From the human T2T-CHM13v2.0 reference genome, Homo sapiens: a stretch of 64,000 bases of DNA. Each line of letters opens with the position of its first letter. The stretch's first letter is position 1. Under the pieces are notes generated by a model. It had not been told where the DNA came from. It did no database searches and saw nothing but the letters and a program-made list of their open reading frames with translations. Made by a program: the position numbers and the translations under genes. Below are positions 1 through 16,084 of this stretch, piece after piece. Where the stretch lies: NCBI RefSeq assembly GCF_009914755.1, contig NC_060940.1; one strand, given 5' to 3'.

Positions 1-865
1 CCAAGACAGAGGCACACGGCTGTATTTCGGGTGGACACAGGGTAACCATCTAATGAAGATGGAAGGCATGGTGTCCTAGAAGCACACTGTGATGTCCTAG
101 AAGCACGCTGTGAGTGTTTTGGCCAAAACCAAATAGAGGCGGCTGTTCCTATGCCTGGATCTGTGACCCCGACAGGGCCCCTGACCTCTTCAGCATTTGG
201 GCAACTGCCTGGAGTCTCAGGCTCGGCTTTCCTGACCACAGAGATTTACAGAAGCCCCAAACGCACCTTGCCTAATTTCTAACTACGGCTTCATCTAGAC
301 CAGGCATGGAAAGCAAGTGGGAAACATACTCTCCTCTCTCCGGTGTCCACAGGAGACATCACAAATTAATCATGGCACTTTCCCCACCGAGTCCAGGCTT
401 AACCTCAGAATCTCCCTTAACCCGGAGCTCCAAATAGCCCAAGCTTATTGATCAGTTGACAAGCTAGAGATTAAATCCAGGTTCAGATCTTCAACTTCTG
501 CCCCATCAAAACTGTGCCCAGCATTTCTTATTCCTCAGCCACATCCATGTTTGGGGATTTTTCCCAAAGAAATAACAGAATTTTTAAAAAATAACAACAT
601 ACATACTCAAAGATGTTCATTGCCAGTAAATACCAGGCTGTTTCCATTTTTCAGCAAAAGTTGGATAAATAAGTAAATACTATCTACGTAACACTTCATA
701 TACGCCAGGCAATTATTATACATGGTATCTTATTGAATTTTCACAATTCCATGAGATATTATCATACACATTTTTCAGATGAGAAAACTGAGGACAAAGG
801 AAGTGAAGTAGCCAGCAGATCACAGGATTCACTCCACGCCAGGGAACTCACCAGGTGGAGGAACA

Positions 866-1427
866 GACACACACAGGCATGCACGCACACAAACACAGAT
901 ATGCACACACCAACACACACACACGCAGGCATACACACACACACAGGCATGCACCCACACAAGTGTGCACACACACACACAGGAATGTACCCACACAGGT
1001 GCACACACACAGGCATGCACACACCCTCTCACACACATACATGCACATGCACATACAGGCATGTGCAGACATACACACACAGACACACAGGGATATGTCC
1101 ACACAAACGTATACACACACAGGTGCATAGAAACACAGGTATGCACACACACATACACATGCAGGCATGCATACACACAGACGCATGCACACACAGACAC
1201 ATGCATGCATACACACAGATACATGCATGCACACACAGGTGCACACAGGTATGCACACACATGCACATCCAAGCATGCGTACACACATATACACATGCAT
1301 GCACACACATCCACCCTCATACACAGGAGTGCACACACATACACATATATACACACAGGCACACACACATCCACTCCCACACACAGGCATGCACACACAC
1401 CACCATACAGAGGTGTGCACACACACA
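866..1427 (+). repeat. Degenerate (CA)n / CACACAGGCATG alternating purine-pyrimidine repeat
   Basis: Seen directly. Explains the His/Thr- and Cys/Val-rich ORFs in all six frames. Confidence 0.95.
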
Positions 1428-1461
1428 AAATGGGTATCACAGACTTACATATGTTGTACTA

Positions 1462-1805
<344 letters not shown>

Positions 1806-2554
1806 CATTTAGGAAATGTCAAGAGAAAGGACACAGGCTATATCTCTGCTCTGCTAAAGGCTGTGGCAAGGGCTCCACGGGAAGGGGCAGACCCCTCTGT
1901 GTGAGGTGGGGGGTAGTGGCTGATCACTTAGCTCCTGCATTTTGTCGGAACCCTTTCGGCAAACCACAGCGACTTAGAATAAAACCACCACGGGGCGAAG
2001 ACTAAGCGTGTGTGCTTGTTTCATAAGGGAATCTCACGAGGCAAGATGTCCGAGAATAAAGAATGACAAGAGGTGGACAAAAGTATGCAGTGGTCCAGGG
2101 AAGAGGAAGAGAAGAGGGGGAGGAAAGACACTCATACACAGGGGCAAGATGTAGAGTGCAGTGAGCCTTCGGCCTTTCATGAAGGCTGGGAAACATGCAC
2201 TTCACACACAAAGAGCTCTCCAGATTCATTTCTTCAGGTTAAGACCTGTACACGTTCGAATGCTGCATCCTCACGGCACAGCGACTGTATACCGTGCTAG
2301 CGACTGTGTCGGGAATCACTGCACCACAGCGTCCGGAGGCCAGCTGCTGGCAGGTGCCTGGGGCAGGTACCGGGCTAGGGCAGGCTGGCCAAGGGCTGGC
2401 ACTGGTCTGGAGTTTGGTGGAGGGCAGCCAGGTCACAGCCCGCTGGGCAGAATTCTTTGCTTATTCAGGTGGCTTTATTTACATGCCAGGCCCAAACCTA
2501 GGGTGCAGGGATCTCCTTCTTTCTCCTAGGAGACTGTTTTTCCCTCTAAGACTT

Positions 2555-2810
2555 GTTTTTGAGACAAGGTCTTGCTCTGTCGCCCACACTGGAGTGCCAC
2601 TGCATCCTCACAGTGGTGTGATCATAGCTCACTGCATCCTTGACCTCCTGGGCTCAGCCTCCCGAGTAGCTTGGACTACAGGTACATAACACCATGCTCG
2701 GCTAATTTTTTCATATATTTTTTGTAGCAGCAGGGTCTCACTATATTGCCCAGGCTGGTCTGGAACTCCTGGGCTCAAGCAATCCTCCCACTTCAGCTCC
2801 CCTAAGGGCT
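2555..2810 (-). mobile_element. Alu (AluJ-like, degenerate)
   Basis: Antisense Alu motifs. Confidence 0.85.
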
Positions 2811-3153
2811 CTTAACCTCTTTAGTAAAAGATCAACAAAGCAGATGCATCGCTTTTGAGTTTCAGATCTTCCCAGGGCTCCTCACTGCCCTCCCATTATA
2901 AAAGCCCCACATTTAAAGTGGCCTCCAGTCCCCCACCATCTGGCTTCCACCTGAACACTCACCTTGGCTCAAGAACTAGTCCTCCCTAAGCCTCAGTTTC
3001 CTCATCTGTATATTGGGGTCAGTACAGCCCCCGGCTCATGGATGAATAAGCCTGGCCCTCCATATACGATACCTGATCCCACCATTCACAGGCTGCATGG
3101 GAGCTTTTTATTTTTCAATTGTGCAATTTGTGTTTTAAAAATATATGACATGA

Positions 3154-3555
<402 letters not shown>

Positions 3556-3789
3556 TTATGCAAATACCGTCCTTCCATGAACCACTGGCTTAAGGAAGTG
3601 TAAACACGCCACATAGAAATAAACAGCTGAAACCCTTTGAAGGCAGCGAACAGTCTGTGGATGGTCCGCAGAGTGCTAAGTGGTAACTCATGCTTTGCAA
3701 GGGGGAGCAGCAGCCTCGTAAATCTCATCCCATGGAGGGTTGTAGGTTCTCCCGGCTGCCCCAGTCAGCTCTCACTCCTGCTTTCTCTA

Positions 3790-4095
3790 ATTTTTTGTTG
3801 TTGTTGTTGTTGAGATGGAGTATCACTCTGTCACCGAGGCTGCAGTGCAGGTGGCACAATCTCGGCTCACTCCAACCTCTTCCTCCTGGGTTCAAGCGAT
3901 TCTCCTGCCGCAGCCTCCGGAGTAGCTGGGATTACAGGCGTGTGCCACTATGCCCAGCCTAATTTTTGTATTTTTAGTAGAGATGAGAGTTCCCCATGTT
4001 GGCCTGGCTGGTCTCGAACTCCTGACCTCAGGTGATCTACCCGCCTTGGCCTCCCAAAGTGCTAGGATTACAGGCATGAGCCACTGCGCTCAGCC
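3790..4095 (-). mobile_element. Alu (AluS-like), TSD CTCCTGCTTTCT
   Basis: Antisense Alu with flanking direct repeats. Confidence 0.92.
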
Positions 4096-4269
4096 TCCTG
4101 CTTTCTATTGAAACAGAAGCAGAGATTTGGAAATTTCAACCTAGCCCCAAGTCCCCTGAGTGTAATTAGCTTCCACAATTTAATTTAATGCAGAGAACAG
4201 TTACTGAGCATTTATAAGCTTCTGTCCTGGTAATACACAAAGAGCCTACATGAGCAGATACATTTCTTC

Positions 4270-4733
<464 letters not shown>

Positions 4734-5734
4734 TCATTTCTTCATTTCTTAGCCCTTGTTATGTGCTAGCACACAGTAATCTTCCAGCACTAGGAGTACA
4801 ATCACAAAGCAGCCATGGCTTCTGCCTTTTAGGAGATTATTTCCTTGTTAGTTACTTAATTATAATTCCTTAATTATAATACTATCTAGACCATAGTAGA
4901 TACAGATATAGGCACAATTAATTCTGATTGAGGCTGGTAGGAGAATGGGGTAAGAAATCCGGGTTTTGAAGGATGAATAGTTCACCAGGCATCAAAATGG
5001 AGAAGCCCTTTTCACACCTACTGCTTTTCTTTAATCATTCCAACCACTCTGTGAAATTTTACATTCTCTTTTTCCTAAGTGAAAACACAGAAATTCTAGT
5101 GATAAATACCTGCCCAAAGTCCTACACCTGTGAGCTGATGGCGCCAGAATATCAACTTGAGTCTCACTCCCCTACACGCCGTAACTTTCTCCATTTCACA
5201 CAGCAGCACTTTTTTAAAGTAAGCACAGAGCAAAAAAGTTCACGTTCCAGTTTAAAGCTTCCACCATCAAGGAAGATCGAGAATCAGGAAATTTAAAAAC
5301 TAATTTCATGTGCAACACGAGTCTACAAAAGGAGCATCCAGCCCTGCTTGCGGCCTTCGAACCTCTTCCCTGGTGCCAGAAGCCTTGGGAAATGTGCAGT
5401 GTGGTGAAGTGGCCGTGTCGGGGCTCTGAGCCCACAGCCTGGATTCCAGGCATAGCTTTGCCATGTCCAAGCACCCGGACCTTGAGCAAGTTACTCAGCT
5501 TCTTCGGATCCCAAGCTCCTCATCTATAAAACAGGGCAAGTGGCAGACCTGGCCTCGTGAAGGACAAATGATTTAATACACGGAAAGTCCTTCACAGAGT
5601 GTCAGGCACATAGTAGGGCCACAATAAAACTATTGTTATTCATATTATTGCCACATTGGTACCCAAAAGAGGCCCTCAGAGGGGAGGGGTGGCTAAATCT
5701 GGTCCCAGAAATGAAGCCGATCCTGCCCCTGGGG

Positions 5735-6046
5735 TTTATTTTTATTTATTTATTTACTTATTTTTGAGACAGGGTTTTCCTCTGTCACCCAGGCTGGAAT
5801 GCAATGACACGAGCACAGCTCATGCAGCCTCCAACTCCTGGGCTCAAGCGATCCTCCCACCTCAGACTCCTGAGTAGCTGGGACAACAGGCATGCGACAC
5901 CATGCCCCAGCTAATTTTTTTTTGTTTTTAGTAGAGACGAGGTCCCACTATGTTGACCAGGCTGGTCTCCAACTCCTGGGCTCAAGCAATCCTCCTGCCT
6001 TGGTCTCCCAAAATGTTGGGATTACAGGTGTGCGCCACTAAGCCTG
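5735..6046 (-). mobile_element. Alu (AluJ-like)
   Basis: Antisense Alu motifs. Confidence 0.9.
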
Positions 6047-7039
6047 GTTAGTCCTGGGGCTCAGAAGCTATCAGAATAGACTCCAATTGGCTAGTTCACA
6101 CCATCCCTGGCACGTCCATCCTTCCCACCTCCACTTCTCCTTGGAGGCAGCAGCCTCTGTTGTCCTCTGTTCCTGAAAGCTGAGCTGCATGCCTTCTGGA
6201 TTCCTGGCTCCGTGAACGTTCATATTATGTTAAAGAATCAATAAAAGGATCAGGTGAATGAACCCATCCTGCAAGACAAGCATGATGCAGCACTGACCAA
6301 GCATGGCTCTAAATCAAGAGAGCCTGGCCCTGGCACATCGCAGGTCACTACCAGCGGTCACTGCATTGTCCCCACAATCCTGCAGAGACACGAGAACAAT
6401 AGGAGCGAGGTTCTGTCCTGGGCACCAGCCGGGTACTTCTGTGTGGCAGACAACAGCTGTGGCCAGCCAGCCGTGCGTGCTGTGCGTTCAGCGCATTCCC
6501 CGGACTGGAGTCTGGGCATCGCAATCGCCCTGCCCAGCTTGCCTGGCAGCCCCTGCTGCCCCGTGGCCTTGCTGGCATTTGTCTTGTTTTGTCTTGTTTT
6601 CCCCCAGCCACAGACGCCTCTCAGTTTCTCAGGCTCTGAATACAGACTAAAGAGGATCAGAGTTGAACTTCACTCTTAATTCTTCCAGGCTCTAGCCCCA
6701 GCTCTATCACTCATTAACTGTGAGTTTAGGGCAGGTCCTAGCACTGCTGTGGGCCTCAGTTTCCCCATATGCTGATGCACCTGTGTGCCGGCCACAGGTG
6801 AAGTATGAGCTTTTTGAGGTCAGCGCTGGCAAGTGTGGGTGAGGCCAGACCCTTCCTGTGTGGCCGACGGCTGGCAATATCCGTGAACAACAAGATTCAC
6901 GCCCTGTGTCCTGGAGCTGAGCATCTGTATCTAGCATCTCCTAAGGAAATAATCTACAGTGTAGAAACATTTCTTGCGTGAACTGTGCATCACGGTGTTG
7001 TCTAAACAGAAAACTGGAAATAACAGCTACTACTTCCGG

Positions 7040-7710
<671 letters not shown>

Positions 7711-8899
7711 TTACACCCTCCACGTTTCACACAAAGCACAAGAATGCATGTGCATTACTTTATTACAGTCAAAAAGTCAAGGGTTTATTAATACAGTAAT
7801 CTTAAACTAAAAGCCAATCTACTTCTTCTTCATATGGAAATGATGGCAAAAAGTGCAGCTGGGGAAGTGACCTGGTCCCCAAGACATGGCACCCGGAATG
7901 GGCCCATCTGGAAGGTCCCTTAGAGAACATCCGCTCTGAATCCCCGTGAAGCAGAGGGGAAGTTGATAGGCATGCCAGTCTCTGCATGGTTTTAGCGGCC
8001 GTGGAAAGACAGCATTATACCAGCAGAATGGACCCTTTGTCACCTAAATGGCTATATTTGCAACTGCAGTATAAATGTAAGGTCTTGTAGCAGCTTCAGA
8101 TAATTAACATTCGTAAGTGGAGAGGTGGAAAATGCAAATGATAATGGTCAAAATATGAGCCTGCACCTGTAGTTCAGGCCAGTATTCCAGCTCCCCCACT
8201 GCAATGCACATCTGCGCTTCTTCATTCACCAGCATCCCTTTCTCTAACAACTGGGATCACGCTGGAGCTGCCAATCATGAAACCCCGCCTCCCTGCCCAA
8301 AGGCGTGTGCACGTGACCCAAGCTGGGCCAATCAGGGTCCTCTTAAGAGATTGACGGACACTGAGGAAAGAGGCCTCTCTCTTCTGGGATCCTGACCCAG
8401 AGGGACCACCATAGCATGGACCGTTTCTTTGGCTGTGCAGAGGCTGCCTGACGCCAACCCCAGAGAAAAACAGAACTGAGAGATGAGATGAAAATACTGC
8501 ATGAGCCCTCGATCTAGCCACACCTAAAGCCGAAACCCCTGCACTTCCCACTACCAAGAGCCAAGCAATTCCTCTTTGTGCTTCAACTTACTTGAGCTTG
8601 CAAACGTAAGAATTATCACCACTACTCCCACCTAAAGGTTCCCAGCAGGGAATTAATTTCCTCCAATCCCCCTCAGTCACCGGCGCACCTACCCAAACTG
8701 AAAAGAGTTCTAGAGAGGAAAGAAACTCTGCAGACTGCCTTAGTGGGTATGAGGTTTCCTTTGGGGGTGATGAGAAAGTTCTGGAACTAGACAGCAGTGA
8801 TGGCTACACAACATTGGAACTCTGTTTAATGTAGCTGAATTGTACTTTAAAATGGCTACAATGGTAAACTTTATGTTATTGTATTTTACAATTTTTTAT

Positions 8900-9180
8900 T
8901 ATTTATTTAATTTATTTTAGACAGAGTCTTGCTGCAATCTCGGCTCAGTCTCCTGAGTTGATCTCCTGGGTTCAAGCAATTCTCCTGCCTCAGCCTCCCG
9001 AGTAGCTGGGACTACAGGCCACGTGCCACCATGCCTGGCTACTTTTTTGGTATTTTTAGTAGAGACGGGGTTTGTGTTGGCATGTTCGCCAGGCTGGTCT
9101 CGAACTCCTGACCTCAGCTGACCGGCTGCCTTGGTCTCCCAAGGTGCTAGGATTACAGGCATGAGCCACCACGCCTGGCC
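8900..9180 (-). mobile_element. Alu following an L1M 3' fragment (about 8730-8890)
   Basis: Antisense Alu motifs; old L1 3' UTR motifs. Confidence 0.85.
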
Positions 9181-10064
9181 TGTATTTTACCACAGTTTTT
9201 TAAATAGGAAGACAAAAGAGAATTGCAAGATCTGCAATGTGGTGCCCCGTGTACACATCCTGGCGAGCCCCCTCCCTCTGCTCCCTTTCCTCCCGGCGAC
9301 GTCCAGGAGTGGGCCAAGCACGGCGGGCGGAATTCAGCAGGAGACCTTTGGCCACAGAACAGGACTTCTTTTTCATTTTCCATCCTGCTGCCACTCGGAA
9401 GACCCCTGGAAGCTGGTTAACCATTAAAACCCAACTGGCCTGGAGAAAAACAGCCTGTAGGGTTGAATAAGTGGTTTTCCAAAACAAGGGCTCCCAGGCC
9501 AGACAGGGTGCAGACAGCAGTGTCAACCAGGAACGCTGACTACATGTGAAACAAATGGCCTTTGTCAGCATTTCCTCGGTCCCAGGCACAGTGCTAGCAC
9601 TGCTCAAAGCCAATCTGATGCCCATACCTTTTAAAAATGATTATCTCGCCTCTTAACTCCGGAACCCCACCTCCCGAGATTGTTTTCTAAAAGAATAACT
9701 CAACAGAAGACAGAAAGGAGCTGCATGTATTAAAATGTTGGTTGGAACATTCTTTATAAAAATAAAAATTGGAAGCAACTTAAGAGGCCAAGAACAGGGG
9801 AACATTTAGTACATGACGGTACACTTGTGAACCAGGACACTCTGCTACCAGAAAACCATGAATTACAAAGGTGGTGCATCCATATCATTTATGAAATTAC
9901 ATTAACCTTAAAAAAAGCAGCTGCAGATGAGAGTGTGACCTATAGGCTGGGACCACAGCAAAGCCGAAAGGCAGGAGGCGAGCCCGTCCAGAGAGTGGCC
10001 AGGAGGGACGTCCAAAAGCGGGAACTGACAGGGGGACCACAGGACTCTATTATGTCCTATCATT

Positions 10065-11565
<1,501 letters not shown>

Positions 11566-12395
11566 TGAGTCTATTGTTTTTAAACGTTTGTTTTATCATG
11601 GACCAATTACATTGCTTTGAATCTTTAAAATAATGTGCATGGTGGAGGATGGGCAGTGGTACCCCCCGCCCTCTGTAACAGACAAGCTGCTGAAGGGACG
11701 TGTAACACACTGTTTCTGGTCACCTGAACAACAGTTTAAAGGCGCAGTAAGAGGGAGAGATTCCCTACTTCATGGGTTGTGAGAAATCCTTTTGCGAAAT
11801 GGAGATCCCTTTAGTAGGGAAAGACCTCTCTCCCTCATCTACCCTACCCCGGGGTTACCTTTTGGAGTTCAGATTTTCTTTTCTCAACATGACCGTGTTA
11901 CCCGTACCCCAAGTGAACAACCTTGGAAGTTTCTGACATTGCAAATGTCCATTTTCTTTAATGGCCAGAATGGAAAAGACTTAAAGTAGGCACTGTTCAG
12001 AGAGGGTACAAATGAATTCTCCCACGGGATCCTTGCGACCACCGCCGACAGTCAGCCAGGACACCACAGGGTAGTGGCCGCTATTCTGGTCCCCCCACCA
12101 GTTCCCGTCTCTAGAAGCAAGCAACCTGCCCCACCCACGGAGGCAGGCACCCAGCTGCCAAGCTTCTGTTATGGGATAGGTGGGATCGTAAACACAGTTA
12201 CCTCCTCCTAGCCAGCATCCTGAAACAATTCTGGTGACATTTCACCAATGGCTTTACTGGTGCAGAGACATAGCATGGCTTGTCCCAAGTCACAGCTAAG
12301 CTACAGACCCAGGAGTCGAACCCAGCCCTCTCCCTCCTTGCAGGATGGTGACCCTTGGCGAGCTTTGACCTCCAGACTCTGGAGGAACTCAGTAC

Positions 12396-12553
12396 CTGTA
12401 CGACCTCCTTCACCAGGGTCTTGTCCGTCCCGGTTTTGGCGCGCTGCAGCCCGCTGACGTTCTCACCGATCCACGTGATGAGGGCAAACTTGGACCTCTT
12501 GCTCATGGCATCCCCGGTGGTGAAGCGCACGAAGGCAAACAACCGGACGTCAT
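12396..12553 (-). CDS. COTL1: COTL1 coding exon 3 (D54-Q106: DDVRLFAFVRFTTGDAMSKRSKFALITWIGENVSGLQRAKTGTDKTLVKEVVQ), ADF-H core including actin-binding K75
   Basis: Inside ORF 12198..12563(-). Acceptor ttctcttttcgcttttggccacAG|AT, donor CAG|GTACTG. 158 nt. Exons 1-3 total 318 nt = 106 codons in frame. K75 codon AAG at 12491-12489. Confidence 0.97.
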
Positions 12554-13350
12554 CTGTGGCCAAAAGCGAAAAGAGAACATGGTGCTGCGTTAAAACACCC
12601 CCATGTCATGTCCCTGGGGAGAGGCTGTGAGCCACGAGTGCGCCTGGAGCAGCACAGCAGGAGACCGGTGCAGTTCCCTGGGAGCACCATGTGCAGAGGA
12701 CAGGAGGGAAGCACTCATCCGCTGCCCTTGTCACACTCCCCTGAATCCTGGCAACAGTGCTGCAGGCTTCATGCCCATTTCACAGATGGGAAATGGAGAT
12801 TCAGAGAAGTCACATGGCACTTTCAAGGTTGTGAGGGAATTCAAGGTCATGCTGGGATTTAAACCCAGGCCTTTCTGGCTGCAACGCCTACAGCCTTCCT
12901 ACAATCAAGGCTCAAAGTCTGGGTGGGCCCATTGCACAGATGTGGGTGCCGCCAGCAGTGCCAGGGCCCAGCCAAAAAAAATTTAAAAATAAAAATTTAA
13001 AAAGGCTCAAATTATGGATCTTATTTAGGGACCAGAAATTCATCCTCTTTGTAGACCAGAAATTCATCAACTCTTTTTGCCTCAATCTTTGCAGTTTGGA
13101 ATGAGACTCTACACTGTAGAGAGACAGGAGGGGCAAGGGGGGTGCTGGGTATGAAGAGGAAACAAAGAAAATGGCTCTTAATTTGGCCCGGGATATGGCT
13201 CCGAGGATATTTCACTTATGACTAGGGCAATTAGGTCAACAATGAATTCTGAACACATTTCCATTGGCTGTGTTATGCTTGTTCTATCTTATATAGTCAT
13301 TTTTATTAAAATGGCTTTGAGGGCTATTTTGTTCCATTGATCCACATTAA

Positions 13351-13776
<426 letters not shown>

Positions 13777-13810
13777 TGATTTTTTGAATTTTTAAAGTGA
13801 TGTGTGTATT

Positions 13811-14163
13811 GGCCAGGTATGGTGGCTCACCCCTGTAATCCCAGCACTTTGGGAGGCAAAGGTGGGAGGATCACTTCAGCCCAAGAGCTTGAGACCAACC
13901 TGGGCAACATGGAGAAATCACCTCTCTAAAAAAAAAAAAAAACCAAAAAATTAGCTGGGCACGGTGGCAGGCACCTGTAGTCCCAGCTACCAGGGAGGCT
14001 AAGGTGGGAGGATCACTTGAGCCCAGGAGGTTGAGACTGCAGTTGAGTAGAGATTACGCCACTGTACGCCAGCCTGGGTGGCCAACTGAGACCCTGTCTC
14101 AAATAAAATAAAATAAAATAAAATAAAATAAAATAAAATAAAATAAAATAAAATAAAATAAAA
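13811..14163 (+). mobile_element. AluJ-like with (AAATA)n tail at 14101-14163
   Basis: Alu consensus with a pentanucleotide tail. Confidence 0.9.
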
Positions 14164-14244
14164 ATATGTGCGTGCATGTGTATGTGTGCATTGCATGTGT
14201 GTGCGTGTGCATGCGGGTGCATGTGTACCCCACTAGGATAAACC

Positions 14245-14437
14245 AAAATTGTTCAACATCAGCTCAACTGGCATCTGGGGCCAGATCATTCTCTCTGGTA
14301 GGAACCATCCCGTAAATTGCAGGGTGCTGAGCAGCACCCCTCACCTGGCCCCACCAGTTATGACAAACAAAAATGCCTCCATACATTGCAGATGTCCTCC
14401 AAAGGGGGCAGAACACCCCCAGTTGAGAACCTCTGCT
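14245..14437. mobile_element. MER20-like hAT DNA transposon remnant
   Basis: Resembles MER20 (cattgcagatgtcctcc...cagttgagaacc). Confidence 0.65.
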
Positions 14438-15776
14438 GTAAACCGTTGGTGTCCCCATTTAATTGGGACCCCTTTTGTGTTTTCCAACAAAGTTCTGTGC
14501 CTCTTGAGGGGATCACATATCCTTATTCAGCTTACTTCACAAACAGTTCATATTTTAACTGCCATTATCACCAAGATCTCATTACAATTCCTAAGTGGTG
14601 GTTGCTGGCACATAGGGATGCCACTGGTTTGGAGTCATTCACCTTGTATTAGCCACTTGCATAAACTGATGCTCTCTCAGGGCGTTTAGTTGCTGGTGTG
14701 AGGGTTTCTCAGGCACCTAATGATATCGTAGAGCGATATGTTTGCTTCTCAAACATTGTGTGGATTTGAATCACTGGGGAAATCTTAAACGCAGCTTCTG
14801 ATTAAACAGCTCTGGGGTCTACGCTTCTAAGAAGCTTCCCAGTGATGCTGATGCTACTGGTCAAAGGATCACACTGAGTTAAAAAAAAAAAAAAAAAATC
14901 AATCTGCGTTTCTTCCTAGAATCTAAGTACGTCCCTGCAGAGTCCCGCACGAAGCATGTAGGTTAGCACCAAGACCCAAGGACACAAACCACCTGTCTAC
15001 AGGAGATACTGGCCTGCAGCTGACAAGCTCACTTCCTGGTGATTATCTCAAAACCGGAGGGGGTAACCAGCACGTTCGCCTTCAACAAGAAGCCGGGTGG
15101 TCTAACGGGTCATCCATTTGTCCCCGGGAGCTAAGGAACACGCAGCTCTCAGCAGACCATGAATGCGTGATCCTAGCTGCAGTCCAGGGTCAGGGACTCC
15201 ACAACACTTACTTCTTAAAGGAAACTGATCGTCATCACCACTCACATTGGCACAGCACTTTTCAGTTTACAAAACATGCTTCTATTTCATCTCATTTGGT
15301 CTTTGTAACAACGCTGGGAGGCAGATGAGGTAGAGACGTCATGGCCACTTTCATCATCAACATCCAAATCACCTTCATTGATAAGGGCTGGAGGCTCAGA
15401 GGCCACGTGATGTGGCCAGACTCTCAACACGAGGCCAGAGCCAAGGGCCTGGACACCTTGGGTGTGTGTGCTCAGCCCCCTTTCTCCAGGGAAATGCCCC
15501 ACCAGGCCATGGCTATCTGGGGGTCAGTAGGTAACAACGCAGCAGGGATAGAAGGAAGGATGGTCTCAGGGACACTGCGCAGGTGAATCCACAGGGCCTG
15601 GTGACCAACTGGATGTGAGAAGGTGAGGACAGAGGAGTCCAGGGCACAGGAGACCCCGAGGGGTGAGGGCCCCACCTCCCATGCCCCGGGGACTGTGCCT
15701 GAATTCCCAAACATCAGCCTGGGCTGCCTCACCTGTAAAACACGTTCTTTTCTTTATTGAGATAAAAGTCACATAA

Positions 15777-16084
<308 letters not shown>

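Noticed and set aside
12198-12563. 121-aa ORF as a standalone gene
   Set aside because: TTG start in the intron; it is COTL1 exon 3 plus intronic read-through.
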